Assembly: GCA_964523895.1 (NCBI GenBank)
Contig: CAZGBJ010000007.1
Coordinates: 23,000 to 86,999 of the forward strand
Source of the DNA: an uncultured Enterobacteriaceae bacterium
GTDB taxonomy: Bacteria; Pseudomonadota; Gammaproteobacteria; Eutrophobiales; Eutrophobiaceae
DNA: 64,000 bases
Reading direction: 5' to 3'
Part shown: one piece after another, positions 10,705 through 19,774 of the stretch
How the letters are laid out: every line of letters begins with the position of its first letter
Numbering within the stretch: the stretch's first letter is position 1
The notes under the pieces: generated by a model
Databases searched by the model: none
What the model was told of the DNA's origin: nothing
Seen by the model: only the letters and a program-made list of their open reading frames with translations
Translations under genes and position numbers: made by a program

Positions 10705-11900
10705 ATTACTCCCGCGTACAAATGGAATCTATCGGTTATGAATTGCCACCGGTAGTGATTACTTCAGAAGATCTCGAGCATCGCCTAATGCCGATGTACG
10801 ACGCATTGCATATTGCTCCCGGTCAATTACAAGCCTTAACAGGTATTAGTGAACGTCGTTGGTGGGAAGAAGGACATGTACTATCCGATGGTGCAGCGGC
10901 AGCGGCTCGCAAAGCTCTGGAACAATCAAATGTTGAGGCAAAAGATATCGAAGCACTTGTTTATACGGGTGTTTGTCGGGAAAATTTTGAACCAGCTACA
11001 GCCTGTTCTGTTGCCGCCCAATTAGGCATTGGTGACGAAACTAATATTTATGACATATCCAACGCTTGTCTGGGCGTAATGAATGGTATTATTGATATTG
11101 CTAATCGTATCGAATTAAAACAAATCCGTGCCGGCATGGTGGTTTCCTGTGAAAGCTCTCGTGAAATCGTTGAGATTATGATTGAGCGTATGTTGCAGGA
11201 TAAAAGTATGGGTATGTTCACTAATTCATTGGCGACATTAACCGGTGGTTCAGGTGCTGCAGCAGTATTACTGACGGATGGTTCTTTCGATAATAAGGAG
11301 ACGCATCGCTTGGTTGGTGGCGCTAATCAATCTGCACCTGAATTTCATAAATTATGCCGTTGGGGTGTTACATTAACACCGCAGGCGATTGGTGATTTAA
11401 TGTTTTCACCGGATAAATTACTGGCTGCAATTGATCAGGTGATGGAGCCAGAAGTATTACCTAGCGCGATCAAGGAAGTGATGACCAGTGATAAATTGCC
11501 ACCGGCATTAACGAGTATAATGCCTTCAGAAAAGTTGCCGGCGGCATTATCTGAATTTATGTCTACCGATTCTGTATCAGTACTAAAGCACGGTGCAATA
11601 CTGGGTGTTAAAACCTGGGGTAATTTTCTGGGTAAAATGGGTTGGGCCAGAGACCAGGTTGATAAAGTCATTTGTCATCAGGTCGGTGAAGGTCATCGTG
11701 ATACCATATTAAAAGAACTGGGTATCGCACCCGAAAAAGATTTCAGTACTTATAAATATCTCGGCAATATCGGTACTGTTTCTGTTCCTTTAACAGCAGC
11801 CATTGCTGAACAAAGGCAGTTTCTTAAGAAAGGTGATCGCGTTAGTTTTCTTGGCATTGGTAGTGGTTTGAATTGCATGATGCTTGGTTGGGAATGGTAA
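10701..11900 (+). CDS. oleA: OleA, FabH-like thiolase for head-to-head Claisen condensation of acyl-CoAs
   Basis: KAS III/thiolase fold with ISNACLG (Cys123, nt 11067). The C-terminus LGIGSGLNCMMLGWEW and KLCRWG closely resemble Xanthomonas/Stenotrophomonas OleA (GIGSGLNC). It is followed by oleB-C-D homologs in canonical order. It carries a roughly 40-aa triple-repeat insertion not present in canonical OleA. Confidence 0.8.
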   Translation: MNYSRVQMESIGYELPPVVITSEDLEHRLMPMYDALHIAPGQLQALTGISERRWWEEGHVLSDGAAAAARKALEQSNVEAKDIEALVYTGVCRENFEPATACSVAAQLGIGDETNIYDISNACLGVMNGIIDIANRIELKQIRAGMVVSCESSREIVEIMIERMLQDKSMGMFTNSLATLTGGSGAAAVLLTDGSFDNKETHRLVGGANQSAPEFHKLCRWGVTLTPQAIGDLMFSPDKLLAAIDQVMEPEVLPSAIKEVMTSDKLPPALTSIMPSEKLPAALSEFMSTDSVSVLKHGAILGVKTWGNFLGKMGWARDQVDKVICHQVGEGHRDTILKELGIAPEKDFSTYKYLGNIGTVSVPLTAAIAEQRQFLKKGDRVSFLGIGSGLNCMMLGWEW

Positions 11901-11924
11901 TATTCTCCTGATCTAAATTTTATT

Positions 11925-12815
11925 ATGTCTTTTCCGGATTATCCTGATAACAATTCTTGTTATATGTCTGTTAATAACAGGCGACTACATTATCTCGAAG
12001 GAGGCAATGAACATCCTGAAACCGTTGTGATGTTACACGGGAATCCAAGTTGGTCATTTTATTATCGTCATCTGTTTACTGCATTAATCGATAAATATCA
12101 TTGTATTGTTCCTGACCATATTGGTATGGGTTTATCGGATAAGCCTGCTAGTAGTGAATATGACTTTACGCTAAAGCAACGCGTTGATGATCTTGATACG
12201 CTACTGTCCAGTTTGAATGTAGATAATAATTTAACGCTAATTGTCCATGATTGGGGCGGCATGATTGGTATGGCATACGCTACACGATATCCCGACAAGA
12301 TAAGACGATTAGTCATTTCCAATACAGCAGGTTTTCATATCCCGCAGGGAAAACAAATTCCCTGGCAATTAAAACTAAGTCGCACGCCATTAATTGGTTC
12401 TTTGTTGATTCAAGGACTCAATGCTTTTTGTCGAGGTGGTGTGATTCAATGTGTTACGCGAAAACCAATGAACAAAGATGTCAAAGATGCTTATTTAGCG
12501 CCTTATGATAGTTGGTCGAATAGATTATCTGTTTTACGATTTGTTGAAGATATTCCGTTAGATGAAGAGCATGTTACTTATGATGTGGTTGATAATGTTG
12601 ACAATAATTTACAACAGTTTTCAAGTTTACCAATGCTCATTTGCTGGGGATTAAATGACTTTGTCTTCGATCAACATTATCTAGCTGAATGGAAAAAACG
12701 TATGCCTATTGCGGAATACCATGAGTTTGATGCCGGACATTATTTGCTAGAAGATGCGAGTGATGAGGTTATTCCGATTATTAAACAATTTTTAGAAAAA
12801 CATATAATTAAATAA
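11925..12815 (+). CDS. oleB: OleB, alpha/beta-hydrolase (haloalkane dehalogenase-like) beta-lactone decarboxylase
   Basis: HGNPSWSFYYR and VHDWGG nucleophile-elbow region of the haloalkane-dehalogenase-like alpha/beta hydrolase family. Position between oleA and oleC. Confidence 0.75.
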   Translation: MSFPDYPDNNSCYMSVNNRRLHYLEGGNEHPETVVMLHGNPSWSFYYRHLFTALIDKYHCIVPDHIGMGLSDKPASSEYDFTLKQRVDDLDTLLSSLNVDNNLTLIVHDWGGMIGMAYATRYPDKIRRLVISNTAGFHIPQGKQIPWQLKLSRTPLIGSLLIQGLNAFCRGGVIQCVTRKPMNKDVKDAYLAPYDSWSNRLSVLRFVEDIPLDEEHVTYDVVDNVDNNLQQFSSLPMLICWGLNDFVFDQHYLAEWKKRMPIAEYHEFDAGHYLLEDASDEVIPIIKQFLEKHIIK

Positions 12816-12926
12816 TTATTTTTATTGCCACGGAGCACACAGAGGCCACGGAGAAAAGAAAAATGAAACTATTTAGTAAAAAAAATATGTATATCTCTGT
12901 GTTCTCTGTGGCTAATATTTAAAATT

Positions 12927-14582
12927 ATGATTACGGCAAATATTGCATCCCATTTGCCAGTAATGGCTGAGAAACAGCCCGAAACGTATGCGGTTGTTAA
13001 ACAGAGCAAGAACAAATCAAAAAAACCTTCATATGAAATTGCTTATACCTATAAGCAACTGGATGACGTTAGCAATCTTATTGCTAATGGTTTAGAAGCA
13101 TACGGAGTAAAAAAAGGAACGAGAACAGTACTTATGGTTAAACCGGGGCTTGATTTTTTTGCGTTGGTTTTTGCTTTGTTTAAACTTGAAGCGGTTCTGG
13201 TTGCTGTTGATCCGGGTATGGGAATTAAAAATCTGGGTAAATGTCTTAAAGAAGCTGAGCCTGAAGCCTTTATAGGCAACAGCACAGCGCATCTAGCTAG
13301 AATTACATTATCGTGGTCAAAGAATACAATAGATAAAACAGTTTTAACCGGGAGTAATATTTTATTAAATCAATTTTTAACAGACCTTAACAAGATAAAA
13401 TTGTTTGGAAAGCAGTCTGAAAGAAATAAAATAGAAACAAAGGCTGAAGATGTCGCTGCGATTCTTTTTACCAGCGGTAGTACCGGTGTTCCTAAAGGCG
13501 TTGTTTATACACATGCTAATTTTACGGCGCAAGTTGAAGCGTTAAAAAAACTTTATAATATTCAGCCAGGTGAAGTTGATCTTGCAACATTTCCATTGTT
13601 TGCCTTATTTGCTCCAGCGATGGGAATGACATCAATTATTCCACAGATGGATTTTACTAAACCCGGTACAGTTGATCCAACAAGAATTATCGATGCCGTG
13701 ACACAATATAAATGCACCAATATGTTTGGTTCGCCTGCCTTGCTTAATCGAGTGGGAAAATGGAGTGAGCATAAGGAAATTAAACTATCATCATTGAAAC
13801 GCGTATTGTCAGCCGGTGCACCTGTGTCTTCAACTGTGTTGCAACGCTTTAAAAAAATATTGAATGAAGATGTACAGATTTTTACACCCTACGGTGCAAC
13901 GGAATCATTACCAGTCAGTTCTATAGGCAGTGATGTGATTATTAATGAAACATCTAAGCTGACGGCTAAAGGAAAAGGCGTATGCGTTGGCAAAGCTGTT
14001 ACAGGCCTGGATGTGAAAATTATAAAGATTAATGACAATGTTATTCCAGAATGGAAAGATGAACTTGAATCACCAGTTAATGAAATAGGTGAAATTTGTG
14101 TTAAAGGTCCACAGGTGACACGAAATTATTTTAATCGTAATGATGCAACCGGGCTAGCTAAGATAAGAACAGATAATGGTTTTTACCACCGTATGGGTGA
14201 TGTAGGTTATCTTGATTGGCAAGATAGACTTTGGTTTTGTGGCCGTAAGAGTCAACGTGTCATTATTGAAACAGAAACAATGTTTACAATATGCTGTGAA
14301 GCAATATTTAATTCGCATCCTTTTGTTTTTCGATCAGCTTTAGTTGGAGCGCAAGCGAATAAAAAAACAATCCCTGTGATTTGTATTGAACTTGAGCCTG
14401 AACATAAATGGTTTAATAAAGAAGAATTTAAAAAAGAGTTGTTGTCTTTAGCTTCTAACTCTGAACTTACAAAGAATATCAAACATATTCTTTTTCATTC
14501 TGGGTTCCCGGTAGATATTAGACATAATGCCAAAATTGGTCGGGAAAAACTGACGATATGGGCTAGTAAAGAAGTCACATGA
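12927..14582 (+). CDS. oleC: OleC, AMP-dependent synthetase/ligase family (beta-lactone synthetase)
   Basis: Adenylate-forming enzyme motifs TSGSTGxPKG (FTSGSTGVPKGV) and YGATE. Position in the oleABCD order. Confidence 0.75.
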   Translation: MITANIASHLPVMAEKQPETYAVVKQSKNKSKKPSYEIAYTYKQLDDVSNLIANGLEAYGVKKGTRTVLMVKPGLDFFALVFALFKLEAVLVAVDPGMGIKNLGKCLKEAEPEAFIGNSTAHLARITLSWSKNTIDKTVLTGSNILLNQFLTDLNKIKLFGKQSERNKIETKAEDVAAILFTSGSTGVPKGVVYTHANFTAQVEALKKLYNIQPGEVDLATFPLFALFAPAMGMTSIIPQMDFTKPGTVDPTRIIDAVTQYKCTNMFGSPALLNRVGKWSEHKEIKLSSLKRVLSAGAPVSSTVLQRFKKILNEDVQIFTPYGATESLPVSSIGSDVIINETSKLTAKGKGVCVGKAVTGLDVKIIKINDNVIPEWKDELESPVNEIGEICVKGPQVTRNYFNRNDATGLAKIRTDNGFYHRMGDVGYLDWQDRLWFCGRKSQRVIIETETMFTICCEAIFNSHPFVFRSALVGAQANKKTIPVICIELEPEHKWFNKEEFKKELLSLASNSELTKNIKHILFHSGFPVDIRHNAKIGREKLTIWASKEVT

Positions 14583-15577
14583 AAGCCCTGGTGACTGGAG
14601 GTGGCGGTTTTCTTGGCAGTGCTATTGTAAAAGCATTACTGGATAAAGGTAACTCTGTCAGGGCTATACAAAGGGGAGACTATCCCTTTTTAAAAGAGCT
14701 GGGTGCTGAAGCTATTCAGGGTGATTTGACCAGACCTGACGATATTAATGCGGCTGCCAGCGGATGTGATGTTATCTTTCATGTGGCAGCAAAAGCTGGT
14801 GTATGGGGTGATTATAACGATTATTATCAAGCTAATGTGGTCGCTACTAAAAACGTATTACAGGCTTGTCGGGTCAATAATGTTAATAATCTGATATATA
14901 CCAGTACACCCAGCGTTGTCTTCAATGGTGAAAATGAAGAAGGCATTAACGAGTCAGCGCCTTATGTAAAAAACTGTTTTAATGCCTATCAAAAAACCAA
15001 AGCAGAAGCAGAGCAGCTTGTTATCAATGCAAATAATACTGATTTAAAAACAGTGTCATTAAGACCGCATTTAATCTGGGGTCCGGGTGATCCTCATCTT
15101 GCGCCAAGAATTATTAGCCGGGCGAAAACAGGTCGTTTAAGACTAGTAGGCAATAAAAATAATAAAGTTGATTCCTGTTATATAGATAATGCAGTTCAGG
15201 CTCATTTGTTAGCGGCTGATTGTTTGCAGTCAAATAAAGTTTGCGCGGGGAAAATATATTTTATTAGCAATGATGAACCGATTAGCATGGCTGATTTAAT
15301 TAATAAAATTTTAACTGCCGCTGATTTGCCGTCAGTCAATAAAAATTTACCTGAAAGAGCAGCCTATATCATTGGCTATGTGCTGGAAAAAAGTTATACA
15401 TTATTAAATATAAATAACGAACCTGTAATGACACGATTTGTTGCCCGGCAACTTTCGACGTCACATTGGTTTGACCTGTCAGCTGCAAAACAGGATCTAG
15501 GTTATCAAGCGCAGGTCAGTATTGATGAAGGAATGAAATGCCTTAAAGAATCACTTGCTTCTGATGTTTCTAAATGA
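14579..15577 (+). CDS. oleD: OleD, NAD(P)H-dependent reductase of the 3-beta-hydroxysteroid dehydrogenase/epimerase-dehydratase family
   Basis: VTGGGGFLGSAIV Rossmann motif with YxxxK (YQKTK), 3beta-HSD/NAD-epimerase family. ATGA overlap with oleC and with the downstream PPTase. Confidence 0.75.
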   Translation: MKALVTGGGGFLGSAIVKALLDKGNSVRAIQRGDYPFLKELGAEAIQGDLTRPDDINAAASGCDVIFHVAAKAGVWGDYNDYYQANVVATKNVLQACRVNNVNNLIYTSTPSVVFNGENEEGINESAPYVKNCFNAYQKTKAEAEQLVINANNTDLKTVSLRPHLIWGPGDPHLAPRIISRAKTGRLRLVGNKNNKVDSCYIDNAVQAHLLAADCLQSNKVCAGKIYFISNDEPISMADLINKILTAADLPSVNKNLPERAAYIIGYVLEKSYTLLNINNEPVMTRFVARQLSTSHWFDLSAAKQDLGYQAQVSIDEGMKCLKESLASDVSK

Positions 15578-16296
15578 ATAACGTTAATAAATTACTGGAA
15601 ACCAAGATTGAATTGTCAGATAAGAAAATACACGTTTTTTTATTGGAACTTGATTTGTTTAATGGTGATGATTTATATGTTTATTTGCCAGAAGATGAAG
15701 CTAAAAGGGCTGCTAGATTAAAGATAGAGGAAAAAAAGAATCAATTTGTAATCAGTAGGGGGATACTCAGATTATTGTTGTCAAATTGTTTGCAGAAAAA
15801 ACCAGAGAAAATAAATTTCTTATATGGGCAGCATTGCAAACCCGCTATCGAAGATAAGTATAATAATAAATCAGTTGAATTCAATGTGTCCCATTCTGGG
15901 GGTTATGCATTAATAGCAATAACGTTAGATAATAAAGTGGGCGTTGATATTGAAAAAATAAATCATGAAATAGATTATCAATCGTTATCTGATCGATTTT
16001 TCAGTGGCAAAGAAAATGATGAATTAAGAAGTTTGGATGAAAATGAGAAATTAGATGCTTTTTATCGGGCATGGGTAAGAAAGGAATCTTTCATAAAAGC
16101 AACAGGGAAAGGTATTACTTTTGGTCTTGATAGTTTTTCTGTTTCGTTGGCTGAAAGTAGAAAATCCAGTATTGAAGTTATTTCTGAAAATTTAATAAAT
16201 GAACAATGGTATTGCTACGATTTAAATAATCTGGATGACTATAAACTGGCGTTAACAAGTTGTAGCAAGGAACAGGAACTTATTATTTTCCGGTAA
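15574..16296 (+). CDS. pfaE: Sfp-type 4-prime-phosphopantetheinyl transferase (PfaE-like)
   Basis: PPTase motifs FNVSHSG, GVDIE and WxRKESFIKATGKG. Terminal gene of the pfa/ole operon. Confidence 0.75.
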   Translation: MNNVNKLLETKIELSDKKIHVFLLELDLFNGDDLYVYLPEDEAKRAARLKIEEKKNQFVISRGILRLLLSNCLQKKPEKINFLYGQHCKPAIEDKYNNKSVEFNVSHSGGYALIAITLDNKVGVDIEKINHEIDYQSLSDRFFSGKENDELRSLDENEKLDAFYRAWVRKESFIKATGKGITFGLDSFSVSLAESRKSSIEVISENLINEQWYCYDLNNLDDYKLALTSCSKEQELIIFR

Positions 16297-16780
16297 GTAA
16301 CGCTGCCAATCGCTCAGTAGTTTGTCGTAAACGTGCTGTAAGTACTTTGGAAAGCTTCCATAATAATTTATTGCCCAGATCACGATGTTGATTAACAATG
16401 TCTTCGAAGTCTTCACGCGTAATCAATAAAACGATAGAGTCTTTTGAAGCAATCGCTGAAGCTGAAAATGGCTCGCCATCAATGATGCCCATTTCTCCAA
16501 TTGACTCTCCTGCTATTACCTCAGCAATCTTTAATTGCTCGTCATTAGGTAAGTTTTTAAATATATTTATCTCGCCTTTTATTATTATGCAAAGACAATT
16601 ACTTTTGTCCCCTTCATGTAAAACAACGCAGCCGACATCTGCAGAATAGGCTCTGCTCCATCGAGCCAGTATTTCCATTTCAGCTTCGTCAAAATCAGAG
16701 AAGAAATCAGATTCTTTGAGTAAATCATAAGTGGCTTTTCTAAATGAATCGCCGTTATCAAGTAATTGTAGTTCTTTCAT
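16283..16780 (-). CDS. Stand-alone cyclic-nucleotide-binding (CAP effector-like) domain protein
   Basis: cNMP-binding beta-roll signatures (GEMGIIDGEPFSASAIA) in a 165-aa protein. No HTH domain. Confidence 0.6.
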   Translation of the reverse strand: MKELQLLDNGDSFRKATYDLLKESDFFSDFDEAEMEILARWSRAYSADVGCVVLHEGDKSNCLCIIIKGEINIFKNLPNDEQLKIAEVIAGESIGEMGIIDGEPFSASAIASKDSIVLLITREDFEDIVNQHRDLGNKLLWKLSKVLTARLRQTTERLAALLTGK

Positions 16781-16803
16781 AGTTAAGTTTTCTCTAAATT
16801 TTT

Positions 16804-18228
16804 CTAGACATTTCCTGTTGAAGGTGTGGATGGATTGATATCAGGTGCATTTGGAAATACTGATTTTCCAATTCTTGAAATAACTTCCCAACAGGGGCCA
16901 GGAAATTTATGTAATGATTCCATGACAAGCTTGAATGAAGAGATAAAGTAATCAACATCTGTTTTATCGATTATTAAAGGCGGGATCAATTTAATAACAT
17001 CAACATTATGACCGGCGACTTGTGTTAATACACCATGATCTTGTAGTAAAGGAATAGTAACAGCCTGGGGAAACAGACTCTTGTTTAATTTATGAGACAG
17101 AGTCCATGCCGCTCGTAGTTTAAGTGATTTTGGAACACCGAATTCAATTGCAATCATAAGACCACGCCAGCGAATGTCCTTGATAAATTCACAGGAATCT
17201 TTCAATTCGGTTAATTGAGTTCCAAGCAGTTGTCCCATTTTGGTTGCGTTATCCATCAATTTGTACTCATCGATATAGTCGAGTGTAGCAAGACCCGCTG
17301 CCATTGCCAGGTTGCCCTGGCCAAAAGTAGAAGAATGAACAACAGAACGATCCATGCTTGAAAAAACTTTGTCATGAATCCATTTTCGAGTCAAAACAGC
17401 ACCCACAGGAATAAAGCCACCCGATAATGATTTAGATAAAATAACGATATCTGCATCAACTTCCTCCTCTTGTTCTAGTGCCAGAAATTTACCGGTACGT
17501 CCCATGCCACTTTGAACTTCATCTGCGATAAACAAGGTTCTATGTTGATGACATAATTCCTGTGCTTGTTTGAGATAACCTGCTGGAGGAATATTCACTC
17601 CTTTACCCTGAATCGGTTCAACAATAAAGGCTGCCATATCGTTTTTAGATAGTGCTTGTTCAAGGGCTACAATATCTCCAAAAGGTACTTGGGCACAGTC
17701 GGGTAATAGTGAGCCAAAACCTTCACGAAATGTTTCATCGCCGTTTACAGATAAGGCGCCATTACTTAGTCCATGAAAAGATTTATTTGCATGGATAATT
17801 CCGGCCCGTCTTGTCGCACAACGAGCAAATTTAATTGCAGTTTCAACACCTTCTGCGCCTGAATTAGTGAAATAGACATAATCCAGCTCGTTTGGTATGC
17901 GTTGTTTAAGTTCTTTAGCAAGCAGGCCAGATAAAAGAGGTGCGTCTAATTGAACCAGACTGGGGTAATCAGACTCCATAAAGTCGATTAAAGTTTGACG
18001 TATTTCTGGATTATTACGTCCGACATTAAAGACGCCATAACCAGCTAACATATCGAGATAGCGTTGGCCATTTATGTCCCATAAATATTGGCCTTCGGCG
18101 CGAGTGTAACATTGGTCAAAACCAATCGTACTGAGGGTTTTTACGAAAAGTGGATTAACATGTTTTTCATGTAAATCGTAATTTTGCCCTCTGGCGCTAG
18201 TCAGTATTTGTTTGATATTGATAGCCAT
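16804..18228 (-). CDS. Class III (omega) PLP-dependent aminotransferase
   Basis: DEVQSGMGRTGK motif, PLP-lysine region (LSKSLSGG), 474 aa. Confidence 0.75.
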   Translation of the reverse strand: MAINIKQILTSARGQNYDLHEKHVNPLFVKTLSTIGFDQCYTRAEGQYLWDINGQRYLDMLAGYGVFNVGRNNPEIRQTLIDFMESDYPSLVQLDAPLLSGLLAKELKQRIPNELDYVYFTNSGAEGVETAIKFARCATRRAGIIHANKSFHGLSNGALSVNGDETFREGFGSLLPDCAQVPFGDIVALEQALSKNDMAAFIVEPIQGKGVNIPPAGYLKQAQELCHQHRTLFIADEVQSGMGRTGKFLALEQEEEVDADIVILSKSLSGGFIPVGAVLTRKWIHDKVFSSMDRSVVHSSTFGQGNLAMAAGLATLDYIDEYKLMDNATKMGQLLGTQLTELKDSCEFIKDIRWRGLMIAIEFGVPKSLKLRAAWTLSHKLNKSLFPQAVTIPLLQDHGVLTQVAGHNVDVIKLIPPLIIDKTDVDYFISSFKLVMESLHKFPGPCWEVISRIGKSVFPNAPDINPSTPSTGNV

Positions 18229-18410
18229 TTAATTCCAATATTTATACCCGTGATACCTGATTTTATTATGAATTATAGAATAATTCTTATTACTATGTAT
18301 GTGATAGTCTCGGTAAAATAGGGTTCAAAATAAGATTTCAGGCTCATTATTGTTAAATTGTTCTGAATTTTCGGACTTGAATCGACTATTTATCAGGTGA
18401 TAATTGAACA

Positions 18411-19198
18411 ATGCAAAACTGGTATAATTTACCGACCTATTATGATGTTTCTTTTTCACATGAGATGAGCGAAGAATTGGCTTTTTTGAAGAAAATATTT
18501 AGCCAATATTGCAAAGGAACTCATCCAAAATTACTGGAACCTGCCTGTGGTACAGGTCGATTAATTACTCCCCTTGTTCGTAGCGGTTTTGATTGTACCG
18601 GGTTTGACCTGAATGAGTATGCTCTCGCATACCTAAAAAAAAACTGGATCGAAATCATCTCCAAGCCGATATTTTCAATGGAAATATGGTCGACTTTCAA
18701 ATTAAAGGCAAAAAATTTGATGGCGCTTTTTGTACGGTTGATACATTTAGACACTTATTATCTGAAAAACAAGCTGAACAACATTTAATTAATGTATCGC
18801 AAGTATTAAAGAAAAACGGGATTTATGTGCTCGGTCTTCATTTATTGTCCGGAAAAGAAGTAACAAATAAGGTAATACGTTGGACGGCAAAAAGAGGGCG
18901 TTTAACCGTCAAGTCATCAATGACTATGTTAAAACTATTGCCAAAGAAGCGAATAGAGACATTACAAGTAATACTAAAGATAAATAAAACTAGGGACAGG
19001 TTTAAGTCTGTCACCGAGAAAAAATATGAATCTGTCTATCAACTTCGAACTTATACGCTAAAACAATTTAATAGATTATTATCAAAAACAAACGTCTTTG
19101 AAATAGTCAATGTTTATGACCATTATTACGATCTATCCAGACCAGTTGTATTAAATGAAATGACGGATTATGGTGTTTTTGTTCTCAGAAAGATTTAG
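18411..19198 (+). pseudogene. Class I SAM-dependent methyltransferase split by a +1 frameshift at an A9 homopolymer (nt 18635-18643). ORFs 18411..18788 and 18686..19198 are the two halves of one gene.
   Basis: Motif I LEPACGTGR in the first ORF. The second ORF frame read upstream of its Met gives LDRNHLQADIFNGNMVDF..FDGAFC, a typical methyltransferase continuation. Frames differ by +1 across the A-run. Confidence 0.6.
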
Positions 19199-19250
19199 CC
19201 AGAGACAATATTAAGGGACAGGTTTAAACCTGCCCCTGTGGAATCAAACG

Positions 19251-19760
19251 TTATTGGGCAAATTCTACCAGACTTGAATGTGAAAAAAGAAAATCGTTAT
19301 CAGGCATTGGCGTATGACAGCTCGCGCAATCCAGTTTATTGTCTTTTACTGTGCCATCTGTTTTGTAAATGGCAAAACCCCAATCGCCGGCGCGTTGTGC
19401 GGCATCGAAACCGGCATCCCAGTTTGATCGTTTTTCCATGACAGCAACGGCAGCAAATTTACCTTTTTCAAAAAGTCCATCCGCACCGGTAATAGGTTTA
19501 CCATCTTCCCCAGGGTTGGTTTTGTATACTTCCATAACAATTATTGCGCCATCGCCAAGCTCTGCATCAGAAGCAGTATCAATGGCAATTTTATTGCCAT
19601 AAAGTACGGCAAGCTGTTTACCATTTATACGATTGCGAGTGTCGTATTGAATGAATTCTGATTTATAGCCTTCGGGATAGCTAACATGCTCAGGATTTCC
19701 CCCGGCATAAGCAATGCAACTGAGCGATAAAGCAAGTAATGCTGTTATGATTATTTTCAT
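19251..19760 (-). CDS. Periplasmic cytochrome P460 / c-prime-beta-like haem protein
   Basis: N-terminal signal peptide. Roughly 170 aa with a single C-terminal CxxCH (CASCH), as in the cytochrome P460 family. Confidence 0.45.
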   Translation of the reverse strand: MKIIITALLALSLSCIAYAGGNPEHVSYPEGYKSEFIQYDTRNRINGKQLAVLYGNKIAIDTASDAELGDGAIIVMEVYKTNPGEDGKPITGADGLFEKGKFAAVAVMEKRSNWDAGFDAAQRAGDWGFAIYKTDGTVKDNKLDCASCHTPMPDNDFLFSHSSLVEFAQ

Positions 19761-19774
19761 TGTTTTACTCTCAT

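Noticed and set aside
18990-19236. Two copies of AGGGACAGGTTTAA, one inside the methyltransferase ORF and one in a hairpin after its stop
   Set aside because: It is a 14-nt match only. The second copy is part of an imperfect hairpin that plausibly serves as a bidirectional terminator between convergent genes. Evidence for a repeat family is insufficient.
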